Shown: piece after piece, positions 1-9,503 of the stretch
How positions within the stretch are numbered: the stretch's first letter is position 1
How the letters are laid out: every line of letters starts with the position of its first letter
Origin: an uncultured virus (IMG/VR IMGVR_UViG_3300000868_000017)
Lineage: Duplodnaviria > Heunggongvirae > Uroviricota > Caudoviricetes > Thumleimavirales > Hafunaviridae
Virus record (IMG/VR): IMGVR_UViG_3300000868_000017
Direction: 5' to 3' (one strand)
Length of the DNA stretch: 64,000 bases
Translations under genes and position numbers: made by a program
The notes under the pieces: generated by a model
Database searches by the model: none
The model's input: the letters and a program-made list of their open reading frames with translations, nothing else
Told to the model about the DNA's origin: nothing

Positions 1-200
1 ATGTTCATTGAATTGGTCGGCCAGTTCTGTCGGGGTTTTCGCTCCCTCAAGAAGTTCGATAACGATATTTGTTCGATGTTTACTTGCGAGAATCTCAGAC
101 GCGACCTCGTAGTTGTCTTTATCCATACGTCGTTGATTGATTTAAGGTTGCAGAAAGGGTTATAGGTAGTTAGAACATAGATAACATCTATATAACAGAC

Positions 201-1136
201 ATGACCTCCAAGGATAGTAAGGAATATTCGGAGTGGACCAGAACTGATGACCAAGCGATGGAGTCTTTAGAAATTGAGAACCAGACTGTCTACTTCAAAA
301 GTTCAGAAGATATAGATGAGGTAGAAGATGCCGACCTAGTGATTACCAGCCCTCCATATTGGAATCTTAAGGACTACGGGCACGAAAACCAAATTGGGCA
401 TGACGAGGCCTACGATGAGTATCTCGACAGGTTGCAGAAGGTATGGGACGCCTGTTACGAGGCAACTCAAGAGAACGCGATAATGGTCGTCAATATTGGA
501 GATCGGAGACACAAAAAGAAATTCTATCCTATCGGCATGGATATTTACAACCGAATGGATCGTTGGAATCTTATTGATAATCTTATCTGGTATATACCTA
601 ACTCGCTACCTCAGCCCGCCTACTACCTAGATAAACTGTTCGATGACAAGTATGAGAACTTACTTGTATTCGCAAAAAACAACGATTACGAGTATACATT
701 CAACAAGATCCGAGTAGAACAGAAATACAAAGGTGTAGACCCTCGTGAAGAGAAGTTGAATGACGAAGGTCGAAGCGTGGGTAATGTTCTGAAAATGCGG
801 GCGTACCGCCCCCCAACGATTAAGCAGCAGAACTATCACGCTGCCGCGTACCCCGAAGAACTGATTTACGCGTTAATGTATACGTTCTCTAACCCGGGCG
901 ATAAAGTGCTTGACCCGTTCCTTGGCTCGGGCACTACACTAAAGGTTGCTCGAAAGATGGACCGAATCGGGTTTGGCTACGAGATTGATGACGAATACAA
1001 AGATCTCATCGGTGAGCGTATCAGAGAAGACATGGCCGAGCCAACGTGGGAACAACTAGACATCCTTACTGATGCTAACCCTAGCAACGAGAAGAAACAG
1101 ACCGAGGAATCGTCACTCTCTGATTTCTCCGACTAA
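201..1136 (+). CDS. DNA methyltransferase, beta class (N4-C/N6-A)
   Basis: Catalytic TSPPY near the N-terminus, SAM-binding VLDPFLGSGTT near the C-terminus, H-x-A-x-YPEEL motif. Confidence 0.92.
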   Translation: MTSKDSKEYSEWTRTDDQAMESLEIENQTVYFKSSEDIDEVEDADLVITSPPYWNLKDYGHENQIGHDEAYDEYLDRLQKVWDACYEATQENAIMVVNIGDRRHKKKFYPIGMDIYNRMDRWNLIDNLIWYIPNSLPQPAYYLDKLFDDKYENLLVFAKNNDYEYTFNKIRVEQKYKGVDPREEKLNDEGRSVGNVLKMRAYRPPTIKQQNYHAAAYPEELIYALMYTFSNPGDKVLDPFLGSGTTLKVARKMDRIGFGYEIDDEYKDLIGERIREDMAEPTWEQLDILTDANPSNEKKQTEESSLSDFSD

Positions 1137-2293
1137 ACGTATAAGCTAGCTTCCCCCGCTTCTATCTCCTCAGTTCTACTGGGTGGTGTTCCTGACGTAA
1201 TTACATCGACGTTGTCAAGATAGTTGTTCAGCCGTTGAACTTCGTCATCCGTATAGAAATCACTAAATTGGATGGCTTCGACGTTCGAAACACCTCGCTT
1301 ATCGAGAGCGACGGGGAGCTTCCACAGTGATTTGATTTGAACCCAGTCGTCCACGTTATCCATGACGTTGCGAAGGGCAGCACTGTTCATGGCGAAGCCA
1401 GCGCCGTCACAAAAACTCCATAGTTCACACTCTTTCCCGGACGGCGCGCTATTATTATACTCGCTAATACTTCCTGTGTATTCTTCTGTTTCAGCCGTCT
1501 TAGAAACGCCATATTGTCCGGGATTACTGGTGTGGAATAAACCAATGATCCCCACACGAACATTACCGCGGTCATCCTCAACGAGGAGGTCGTAACTTTG
1601 TCCCTCGAAATCAACGTCTCCCGCCATGGGATTTGAAATCTTATTCCTTGGCCGTATCTCGGCTCCGGTCGCTTCCAGTACGCGAGCTATCTCAGCCTCT
1701 GCTCCATGACCCTGACGCTTTGCCTTAGACTGTCGTCCGTCGTGAGGTAGAATTGCTTCCTTGATTATATTGTGGCGCCCGGAGGGTGAGAGTTCAGCAA
1801 ACTCTTCGAGTACATCAAGAGCACCTATGTTGTCGAAATAGCCAGCAACCGTTTCAGCGGCTTTGCGGACCTCGGCATCATTACGACGACTGCCACTCAG
1901 GAAGTTTTTGAAATAGCTGTAGGTATGGGTAGTGAGTTCGTCAGTGTCACAACCACAAAGTGAGGGATCTCCGACCGGGCTTTCCGTCCCCCGAAACGCT
2001 AGACTCAGGTCGATACTCAACTGAGTCTCCGTCTTAGCGACGAGAAGTCGTAACATATCTATTAATTCGGGTTCGTTGATGAGCTCCCTCTTGAGAGATT
2101 CCACGGTGGCTTCATCGCTATCGAAAGTCTGCTGGCCACCATTCCCGTACATGCTTTCAATGAGGTCATCCATGGGATCAAAATTGATCGAACTATGCAT
2201 CGCAGTGCCAGCACGAAAGGTGGGATCTGTGAGTGGGTTATAGACGTGACGGAAGAACTCTGTCTCGTCGTCGGAATAAACTCTATCCAACAT
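1133..2293 (-). CDS. Putative type II restriction endonuclease (PD-(D/E)XK-like)
   Basis: Convergent with the MTase (4-bp overlap); G-x-x-AE helix, YDLLVED strand and FCDGAGF segment resemble type II REases. Confidence 0.6.
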   Translation of the reverse strand: MLDRVYSDDETEFFRHVYNPLTDPTFRAGTAMHSSINFDPMDDLIESMYGNGGQQTFDSDEATVESLKRELINEPELIDMLRLLVAKTETQLSIDLSLAFRGTESPVGDPSLCGCDTDELTTHTYSYFKNFLSGSRRNDAEVRKAAETVAGYFDNIGALDVLEEFAELSPSGRHNIIKEAILPHDGRQSKAKRQGHGAEAEIARVLEATGAEIRPRNKISNPMAGDVDFEGQSYDLLVEDDRGNVRVGIIGLFHTSNPGQYGVSKTAETEEYTGSISEYNNSAPSGKECELWSFCDGAGFAMNSAALRNVMDNVDDWVQIKSLWKLPVALDKRGVSNVEAIQFSDFYTDDEVQRLNNYLDNVDVITSGTPPSRTEEIEAGEASLYV

Positions 2294-2461
2294 ATAAAAT
2301 AGCGACTAACTCAAGAGTCAAAAGAAAAGTTAGAGTTTGTATAGGGCTTATATAACAATTTGGGGCACGCTATAGTCTCGCGCACACGGTAGGACACACT
2401 CGGAAGCATCGGAACACAGCTAAAATTGACCGCGTAAGGGCATTGAACCCTTTTATCTAGA

Positions 2462-2513
2462 AGCCTAGGCCGGAATTTGAATCCGGGGTCTCGTCCTTAC
2501 CAAGGACGCGCTT
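2462..2513 (-). repeat. att site: 3' portion of tRNA-Thr(GGT)
   Basis: Minus strand reads AAGCGCGTCC-TTGGTAA-GGACGAGACCCCGGA-TTCAAAT-TCCGGCCTAGGCT (anticodon arm with GGT, T arm, 3' acceptor strand); the 5' acceptor strand and D arm are missing. Confidence 0.88.
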
Positions 2514-2732
2514 CCGTAGCCGCCTGCGGCGGCGGTAAAGGGGCTAAATCTGCCGGTAGGCCCCACGATGCGTGCTTCTCTACCCTCTACTTACACACCT
2601 GCTTATAAATAAACTACGGGTATAGGCCCGGATGCCGTGCCAGTATAGCACCGTTTCCACAAACAAGTTCGGTGAAAGTAACCCTACCCCCGACCACCAT
2701 CATTTATAACACCACGGGGTGTGATTCTTTAT

Positions 2733-2921
2733 ATGCAGTTCACTCCCAAACAACTCGCCTTTTTGGAACACGAACTGGAAGCAATCAAGGACAACCCCGA
2801 CCGCGACTACGAAGATCGAACCATCGCCTCAGAAATCTTCGGCAAGGTCAAAGGGGAGATCGAATGGGAGAAACAACAGCACCTTAACGGCAATATCGCT
2901 CCCGAAGAAATATTCTCATAA
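2733..2921 (+). CDS. Small hypothetical protein
   Basis: Acidic 62-aa ORF preceded by TTTATAA at about 2703. Confidence 0.6.
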   Translation: MQFTPKQLAFLEHELEAIKDNPDRDYEDRTIASEIFGKVKGEIEWEKQQHLNGNIAPEEIFS

Positions 2922-2969
2922 TGCGCTGGTAGTGGCTTTCATAAGAGACGGCTGGTTATCGACATATAC

Positions 2970-4133
2970 GTGATGAGTCCGAAGATTATCACAGAGGACG
3001 AATATAGATTCTCTCTCGAATATGATGATGTTGACGTTAAGAAGTGGGCATACTACAGAAACTTCGATTTAGACGACGACATTCTCATTCTGGATTTAGC
3101 TATAAAGGACGAATACGGCGACTCAAATAGTCGATATATTGTTCAAAATCTCAGTCATATCGCTAATAGCATCGAGTCATTCCTTCGTGCAGATGGCGTC
3201 GTAATCGTATTTATGGGTGACGAGAGTATAGTTAGAGCGACTATCCGTGGCGAGGATTACAATATAAGCAATCATGCGCTCTTGTGGCAATTGGGAATTA
3301 CCTTGTCATGGGGGGTTCAAAGCCACAAATGCGTTTCAAAAGTAGACGAAGATGTTGTTGAGGAATATATCAGCTTAGCGAACGAGGCGGAATACTACAT
3401 CGACTACGACGGTGCTGAGTTTGATGATGTAGAAGTCCTAATGACCCGTGGAGAACACGGCTCCGTATGTGGGGCGGCTTTCCAGTCGTTCGATGGTTCA
3501 GGAAATGGCACATTAGTTGTTCTCCCCCGACCAACTGATCTTGCTACAAGACCTGAAAATTGGTTCAGTACGACTCTTTCGACGGCATATCCGTACTTCC
3601 CCAAATATCTCAAAGACAGTATTGAGTCCGACGACTCAAATGAGGACGAAAATATACCGGACGAAATCCCTGAGATTGAATCCGATACCAAAGTTCTACG
3701 CATTTGCGAGAGATTTCCCAAAGTTGCTCAACAACTCCAAGATCGTCATAGCAATAGGAGTACCATCAGCGTCAGCGACGAGCATGATGTTCAAGACCTT
3801 CTTCATGCCCTTTTGCGAGTTGAGTTCGATGATGTGAGGGCTGAGGAGTATTCTCCGAGCCACGGTGGGAGTGCTTCGAGAATTGATTTTCTACTGAAAG
3901 AAGAACAGCTCGGAATCGAAGTGAAATACGCAAATAGTAGTAATGCTGAGAAGGAACTCAAAAACCAGCTCTCGGAGGATAAAGAGCATTACAAAGCGCA
4001 CCCCGATTGTGAGAAACTAATCTGCTTCATCTATGACCCCGAATTTGCTCTCGAAAATCCAAGTGGATTTGAGAAGGATTTGTCCAGCCCGTCCGGAACG
4101 CTCGAAACTACTGTCGTTGTTTCTCCAAAGTGA
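2970..4133 (+). CDS. Protein with C-terminal REase_DpnII-MboI-like nuclease domain
   Basis: E-x-DVQDLLHALL...EE-x-x-P...SRIDFLLK...IEVK...QL-x-x-D-x-x-x-Y-x-x-HP-x-C...FIYDP signature. Confidence 0.8.
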   Translation: MMSPKIITEDEYRFSLEYDDVDVKKWAYYRNFDLDDDILILDLAIKDEYGDSNSRYIVQNLSHIANSIESFLRADGVVIVFMGDESIVRATIRGEDYNISNHALLWQLGITLSWGVQSHKCVSKVDEDVVEEYISLANEAEYYIDYDGAEFDDVEVLMTRGEHGSVCGAAFQSFDGSGNGTLVVLPRPTDLATRPENWFSTTLSTAYPYFPKYLKDSIESDDSNEDENIPDEIPEIESDTKVLRICERFPKVAQQLQDRHSNRSTISVSDEHDVQDLLHALLRVEFDDVRAEEYSPSHGGSASRIDFLLKEEQLGIEVKYANSSNAEKELKNQLSEDKEHYKAHPDCEKLICFIYDPEFALENPSGFEKDLSSPSGTLETTVVVSPK

Positions 4134-4213
4134 ATCGACGATTAGGAGATCAACTTCATCGAGGGGTGTTCACCATCCCGACGTTCAAGTGAGATTGCGA
4201 CCAAGACTGGAAT

Positions 4214-4777
4214 ATGGTCATTCAGGAGTTCTATGCGGGACTCAAAACCATCTCTTTTCTTCAAGAGAGATTGCCTCCCTTTGAAGAAGTGAAGCAAACA
4301 GCAGATTCGATTCGAGGAAAATCGCTTCCAGAGTCGATTGAGGGCTGTCTGTTAGTGGACGACGTTCATTGGCGATTCTCTGCCGAACGAGAGGAGGAAT
4401 CCTTAGTGGAGCTGGATGTAGATCAATATCCGTACTGCCCCAATTGTCACACCGAATTAGAGAGAACCACGGACGACCTAATCGGGAGCAGTATGATTAG
4501 TGAAGTACGAAACCGACCGTTTTGGGACTGTGTGGAGTGTGATGATTCTTGGTCGCGTACCAAGCGAATCCGCTCTGACGTAGAGAAACACGCTCGAAAG
4601 AATGCGGAGAAAATCATCGAGACGAGAGGCAAACCGTTCTCCCTTGATGTTCTCGCTGACAAATATCGGGAGCAAAACGATGGAGAAACTCCCTCTGGAA
4701 AGGATATTTGGCGAGTCTATGTCTCTGAACAAGATGGTGAACGGTTGACTACAAATTGCTTCTACGACGCTGATTGA
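4214..4777 (+). CDS. Hypothetical Zn-ribbon protein
   Basis: CPNC and CVEC pairs. Confidence 0.6.
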   Translation: MVIQEFYAGLKTISFLQERLPPFEEVKQTADSIRGKSLPESIEGCLLVDDVHWRFSAEREEESLVELDVDQYPYCPNCHTELERTTDDLIGSSMISEVRNRPFWDCVECDDSWSRTKRIRSDVEKHARKNAEKIIETRGKPFSLDVLADKYREQNDGETPSGKDIWRVYVSEQDGERLTTNCFYDAD

Positions 4778-4780
4778 CTG

Positions 4781-5005
4781 ATGCAACACTTCGATAAAGG
4801 GGAGCGAGTCCGAGTGGATATTCCCGATGAGACTGACCCCGATCACCGACTCCACGGCGAACACGGTACTGTCGTTTCGGTACTTCAAGACGACGCCGGA
4901 ACCACCACAGGGGACGAACGCGACGACGTAATCTATCGTGTTGAGTTGGCCGATGGGGAAAACATCGACCTGCGCTGGCGTGACCTCAGGCCACCTATTG
5001 AGTAG
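4781..5005 (+). CDS. Small SH3/KOW-like protein
   Basis: F-x-x-GERVRV...GTV...YRVEL...DLRP beta-barrel pattern. Confidence 0.65.
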   Translation: MQHFDKGERVRVDIPDETDPDHRLHGEHGTVVSVLQDDAGTTTGDERDDVIYRVELADGENIDLRWRDLRPPIE

Positions 5006-5055
5006 TTACTCCGGTTGATGCAACCTTTTTAGTGTGCGACTGTCTCGGGTTTGTT

Positions 5056-8000
5056 ATGCCCGACACGTCTGCGATTCTTGATGCCCTCCACGGGATTGCC
5101 TCCCGGCTCGATGAGGATATGACTGAGAAGGACGTTGAGAACGCATTTCTCAACGAGAATTTCTACACGCACCTCGGATACGAAGGAACAGGCCACGACC
5201 TCCGTAGTGAGTGGACGCTCCCCGACGACCGGCGGCCCGACTACGTTACCCTCGACAACAACGAGTCAGTCACCGTCGTCTACGAGTTCAAAACTACCGG
5301 ACGTGATCTCACCCCACACGAAGACCAACTGTTCCACTACGTCGATGAGCTGAAAGCCGACTACGGTGTGCTGACCAACGGACAGGAGTTCCGACTGTAT
5401 AGGCGAGACGGCCATACTCGAATGGCTGGATTCGCTCTTAGCGAGGCCACCGAGAGTGACGCCGCCGATATTGGTCACGCTCTCGAAAAACCCGAGTGGG
5501 ACATTACTGACCCACAGAGTGTAGACGAATTTCTCACCCGACTCGATGAGGTGGAACTCGATACGGAACTCGGTCGGGAACACTTCTTCGACACCTTCCG
5601 CTTAGAGGAGAACAGCCCCTTCGCTGATCTCGTAACAGCGATGATGGACTTGCTGGTTGAGCTTCGAGACGAAAGAGAAGCGAAGTTCGTGAAGGGAGCC
5701 TACGACTTTTGGGAAGCCAGCTACGCCAGCGAACCCGACGAAACGCCGGAATCATGGGAGCCATTCATCGACGGGCAACATACCCTTCGGGACTTCATGT
5801 TCTGTCTGGAGAGTGGTCACGCCCTTCTCGCCCGAGTCCTGCTGGCGAAGGCGACTGAAGACCACGAGTTCTTCCGTAACACGGCATACAACGGAATGGA
5901 CGAATACTTCCAAGGACTCCAAGGGTTTGGGAACGATATTAGCCTCGACGCCTACCCCGTCGCCGCCAATGGCCTAATCGAGGATATGGAGGAACACCTC
6001 GTCCAGAGCCTTTTCGAGGACGACATTTTCATCTGGTGGACTGACGGCTTCGCGGAGCAAATGACACGCACGCACGCGACGAGAGCCAGTCAGTTCGAGG
6101 ACGTTGCCAAGGGTACTGGTGAGGTCACGAGAATCAGCCCTGCTACGAGAGACAGGTTTAGTGACGCAATCGCTCACATAATATTCTCCGTCCTCAAGTT
6201 CGACTTCTCCGAGATCGAGGGCGACCTCTTGGGCGATCTCTATCAGCACTACTTCGACCCCGAGACGCGGAAGGCCCTCGGTGAGTTCTATACTCCGCAA
6301 GAGGTCGTGGACTACATTATGGACGGTGTGGACTACGATGTTGGCGTATCCGGTGAACGTCTCATCGACCCGTCCTGTGGTTCAGGTACGTTCCTTGTTG
6401 AAGCGATTGACCGCTATGTGGAGGACGTGAAGCGGTACAACGACGACCCGGATTGGGAGGAACATCTCATCGACCTCTGTACGAGTCCGCACATCGTTGG
6501 GCTGGACATTCACCCGTTCGCGGTGTTGATGGCGCAGATTCGGTTTATGGTCGCTATTCTCCCCCAGTATCGGGACGCGAAAGAGGAGAACCGGGATTTC
6601 ACAATTCGCCGTCTCCCGATCTACCGAACGGACACACTCCGAAACGAGCGTGAGCTGACCGGAATCGACCTCGGTGACGACGGACAGAAACAAATGACCC
6701 TCGATGGGGTGACGGACGACAATCAAGACGTGAAGATTCCCGTCCCCCTTCCTGTGGAAGTGGATGAAGACGAAGTTGATGAGACAGAAGACGGGTTCCT
6801 CGTCCAGCGGGTTCGGATGCCCCTATACGACACCGCTCGCCTGAACGCCAATATTCGCAACTTCGATGAATACTTCGCGGCGCTTCAGGGTGTCCTCGAC
6901 GTTGTAAAGTGGTACATGGAGGAGGAAACGTGGGAATATAGCGGCGGACTTGAGCAGGGTATCTACCGTTATACGAGCCAAGAGTACGACGGCATCGAGG
7001 AGTTCTTCGCACCCTATGTAGACGACATTCTCGATACCGTTCGGTATCTCCGTGTTGAGCATGGCGACGGTCGCCTGTTCAAAATCTTCGAGGACACCGT
7101 ACTGGCCCTCGTTGTGAAGAACTACATGGACTACGACTACGTGGTGGGGAACCCGCCATATGTCCGAATCCAGCATCTTCCCGACCAGCAGAAGGCGATG
7201 ATGGAACAGCTCTATGAGTCTACCACCGGGAACTACGATCTCTACTGTCCTTTCTATGAACGGGGGCTTGATTTCCTCAAGGAAGGAAGTGGGAAGCTCG
7301 GCTACATTACGCCAAATCAGTTCATGGTCACGGACTATGGGGAGGGCATTCGTCGAGTCCTACTTCGAGAAACCCGACTCGATGAAGTGTATGACTTCCG
7401 CGATTCAGGGGTGTTCGAGGACGCTACGAACTATCCTGCTATTGTTATCGTGGAGAACGAACCGGATGAAGACGTTAGAAAAGAGAACCAAATCCGGTGC
7501 GTGAGGGTCAAAGGCAACGTCAATGAGGATAGTGGGCCTTCGGTAGATGAAGAAATCATCGAGGGGGTACGCGAACACCGGGACGAACCGGGATACTCGG
7601 ATGACTATATCGACGTGTTCGACTTCCCACAGGCCCAACTGAGTAGCCAATACTGGGCGTTGATGCCCCCCGAAGAACTCTCCGTATTCAACAAACTCGC
7701 AGAGAACGGAGATAACCAAATCAAGGATGTGACACAGGGGGTCTTCCAAGGAATCCGAACCAGCGCCAACAAAATCTACATCGTGGACGTATTGGACGCT
7801 GATCGAGTCGAATCACAGGATACAGAGGGTACTGTAACGATAAGCCCGATTGGAGGAAGTAAGGAGTTTGAGATTGAGAAGGAGCTTCTTCGCCCGTTCC
7901 TCCAAGGAGACGAAATCGGACGGTGGCGTGGTGAGTGGTCGGGCCGTCACGTCGTTCATCCCTACCGGGTTATCCGAGACGACGAGGGCGAGATCGTTGA

Positions 8001-8940
8001 CGCGGAGCTGTATTCTCAAGACTACCTCGAACAAGAACTCCCGAAGACGTGGGACTTCTTCCTCCATTATCGAGAGGAATTGGAAGGGCGAGAAGGTGGT
8101 CGGATGGAAGGCGAAGACGACTGGTATGGGTACATCTACCCCAAAAATCTCGAACTGTACGAGAACCCCAAAATCATCCAGTCTGAAATCTGTTCGCGTG
8201 CCACCTATATGCTGGACGAAGTGGGCACTTGGTACTTCACGACAGGATACGGCGCACTTCTGGAACCGGGCTACCGGAGTCAGACCGAGGAGATCGTCAG
8301 CCAGCTAAACTCGAAAGCTCTTGACTTCTACTTCAAGCACATAGCTGTCATCAAAGCCGGAGGGTATTACTCGTACAGAACTCAGTACGTTGAACAACTC
8401 CCATGTATCACCAACGGTGAGAGCCGTCTGGAGCAAGAACTTGAAGAAACTATCTCGAAAATCACCGACCTAATAGATACGGGCACTCGAACTGATCGGT
8501 TCCCTGAAGCGTATCTTGAACAGTATGATGGCAGTCTCGCCTACATCAACTACGAATGGCAAACTCGCCGCTACCCTGTGAGCGCCGATATTCAGGAAAA
8601 GGCCGATGGCAGGTTCGCTGTAACTGCTGGTCGTTCTGACGAAATCACCGCTCCGCTGATGGACAAGGGAGATAGAGAGGAGAGAAAACTTCGGGCAAAG
8701 TATGTCCAAGCCGCCGTCGACGGACGGAATATGAAAAGTGGCGAGGAGCAGACGATACCAATTCCCGACACTCAGGGCGGAGTTGAACAGCTTATGGAGG
8801 CGCTGGAAGCTGACAGACAGACCATTGAGGAGACCAGCATCGAGGAGCTTGAGGGGGAGATCGACCAAACGGTGTACGAACTATTCGACCTCACCGACGA
8901 AGAACAAGAAGTCGTAGAAGACTACCTCGAAGTCTTCTGA
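5056..8940 (+). CDS. Type IIG restriction-modification enzyme (fused REase, N6-adenine MTase, TRD)
   Basis: N-terminal RPD...YEFK...QL..Y...LTNG nuclease; GEFYTP, DPSCGSG (motif I), GNPPY (motif IV); TaqI-C-like TRD (LNSKALDFY). Confidence 0.92.
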   Translation: MPDTSAILDALHGIASRLDEDMTEKDVENAFLNENFYTHLGYEGTGHDLRSEWTLPDDRRPDYVTLDNNESVTVVYEFKTTGRDLTPHEDQLFHYVDELKADYGVLTNGQEFRLYRRDGHTRMAGFALSEATESDAADIGHALEKPEWDITDPQSVDEFLTRLDEVELDTELGREHFFDTFRLEENSPFADLVTAMMDLLVELRDEREAKFVKGAYDFWEASYASEPDETPESWEPFIDGQHTLRDFMFCLESGHALLARVLLAKATEDHEFFRNTAYNGMDEYFQGLQGFGNDISLDAYPVAANGLIEDMEEHLVQSLFEDDIFIWWTDGFAEQMTRTHATRASQFEDVAKGTGEVTRISPATRDRFSDAIAHIIFSVLKFDFSEIEGDLLGDLYQHYFDPETRKALGEFYTPQEVVDYIMDGVDYDVGVSGERLIDPSCGSGTFLVEAIDRYVEDVKRYNDDPDWEEHLIDLCTSPHIVGLDIHPFAVLMAQIRFMVAILPQYRDAKEENRDFTIRRLPIYRTDTLRNERELTGIDLGDDGQKQMTLDGVTDDNQDVKIPVPLPVEVDEDEVDETEDGFLVQRVRMPLYDTARLNANIRNFDEYFAALQGVLDVVKWYMEEETWEYSGGLEQGIYRYTSQEYDGIEEFFAPYVDDILDTVRYLRVEHGDGRLFKIFEDTVLALVVKNYMDYDYVVGNPPYVRIQHLPDQQKAMMEQLYESTTGNYDLYCPFYERGLDFLKEGSGKLGYITPNQFMVTDYGEGIRRVLLRETRLDEVYDFRDSGVFEDATNYPAIVIVENEPDEDVRKENQIRCVRVKGNVNEDSGPSVDEEIIEGVREHRDEPGYSDDYIDVFDFPQAQLSSQYWALMPPEELSVFNKLAENGDNQIKDVTQGVFQGIRTSANKIYIVDVLDADRVESQDTEGTVTISPIGGSKEFEIEKELLRPFLQGDEIGRWRGEWSGRHVVHPYRVIRDDEGEIVDAELYSQDYLEQELPKTWDFFLHYREELEGREGGRMEGEDDWYGYIYPKNLELYENPKIIQSEICSRATYMLDEVGTWYFTTGYGALLEPGYRSQTEEIVSQLNSKALDFYFKHIAVIKAGGYYSYRTQYVEQLPCITNGESRLEQELEETISKITDLIDTGTRTDRFPEAYLEQYDGSLAYINYEWQTRRYPVSADIQEKADGRFAVTAGRSDEITAPLMDKGDREERKLRAKYVQAAVDGRNMKSGEEQTIPIPDTQGGVEQLMEALEADRQTIEETSIEELEGEIDQTVYELFDLTDEEQEVVEDYLEVF

Positions 8941-8957
8941 ATAGGCGATTTTTTGGA

Positions 8958-9503
8958 ATGAGTGATGTTCAAATAGTAAACGTCGTCGGGTCAGGTGCGG
9001 TTAGCTCTGAGTTCGACTTAGAAGAACTCAGTTCCGAGATCGGTAGCGAAGCCGAATACGACCCTGAGAATTATCCGGGGATGTATCTCCGCTTCGAGGA
9101 GAAGCCCACCATCACAGTCTACCGAACGGGCAAGTTCATCATCTACGGAGCTGACAACGTTGATGAAATCTACGCCGCGCGGGACTTCCTCCTTTCACAA
9201 CTTGCCGACCTCGGGGCAATTGAATCACCCGAAGATACGGGGTTCTCGATACAGAACGTCGTGTGTACGGGGAAACTTGAGAGCGAGCAAAACCTCAACG
9301 CGGTCGCCATCCAGTTGGGATTAGACCGGACTGAGTACGAACCTGAGCAGTTTCCCGGTCTGATTTACAGACCAGAGAAACACGATTGCGTTATTCTGAT
9401 TTTCGGGAGTGGGAAGGTCGTATTAACTGGGTGTAAGAGTTCAGATGCCGCACAGAGAGCATTAGATGGGCTAATCTCTACGATTCAGGACTTGGGCGTA
9501 TAA
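8958..9503 (+). CDS. tbp: TATA-box binding protein
   Basis: Two TBP repeats: NVV...YDPENYPGMYLR...YRTGK and NVV...YEPEQFPGLIYR...IFGSGK. Confidence 0.95.
   Translation: MSDVQIVNVVGSGAVSSEFDLEELSSEIGSEAEYDPENYPGMYLRFEEKPTITVYRTGKFIIYGADNVDEIYAARDFLLSQLADLGAIESPEDTGFSIQNVVCTGKLESEQNLNAVAIQLGLDRTEYEPEQFPGLIYRPEKHDCVILIFGSGKVVLTGCKSSDAAQRALDGLISTIQDLGV

Noticed and set aside
2462..2540. Intact tRNA-Thr gene
   Set aside because: Similarity stops near 2513; no 5' acceptor strand or D arm.
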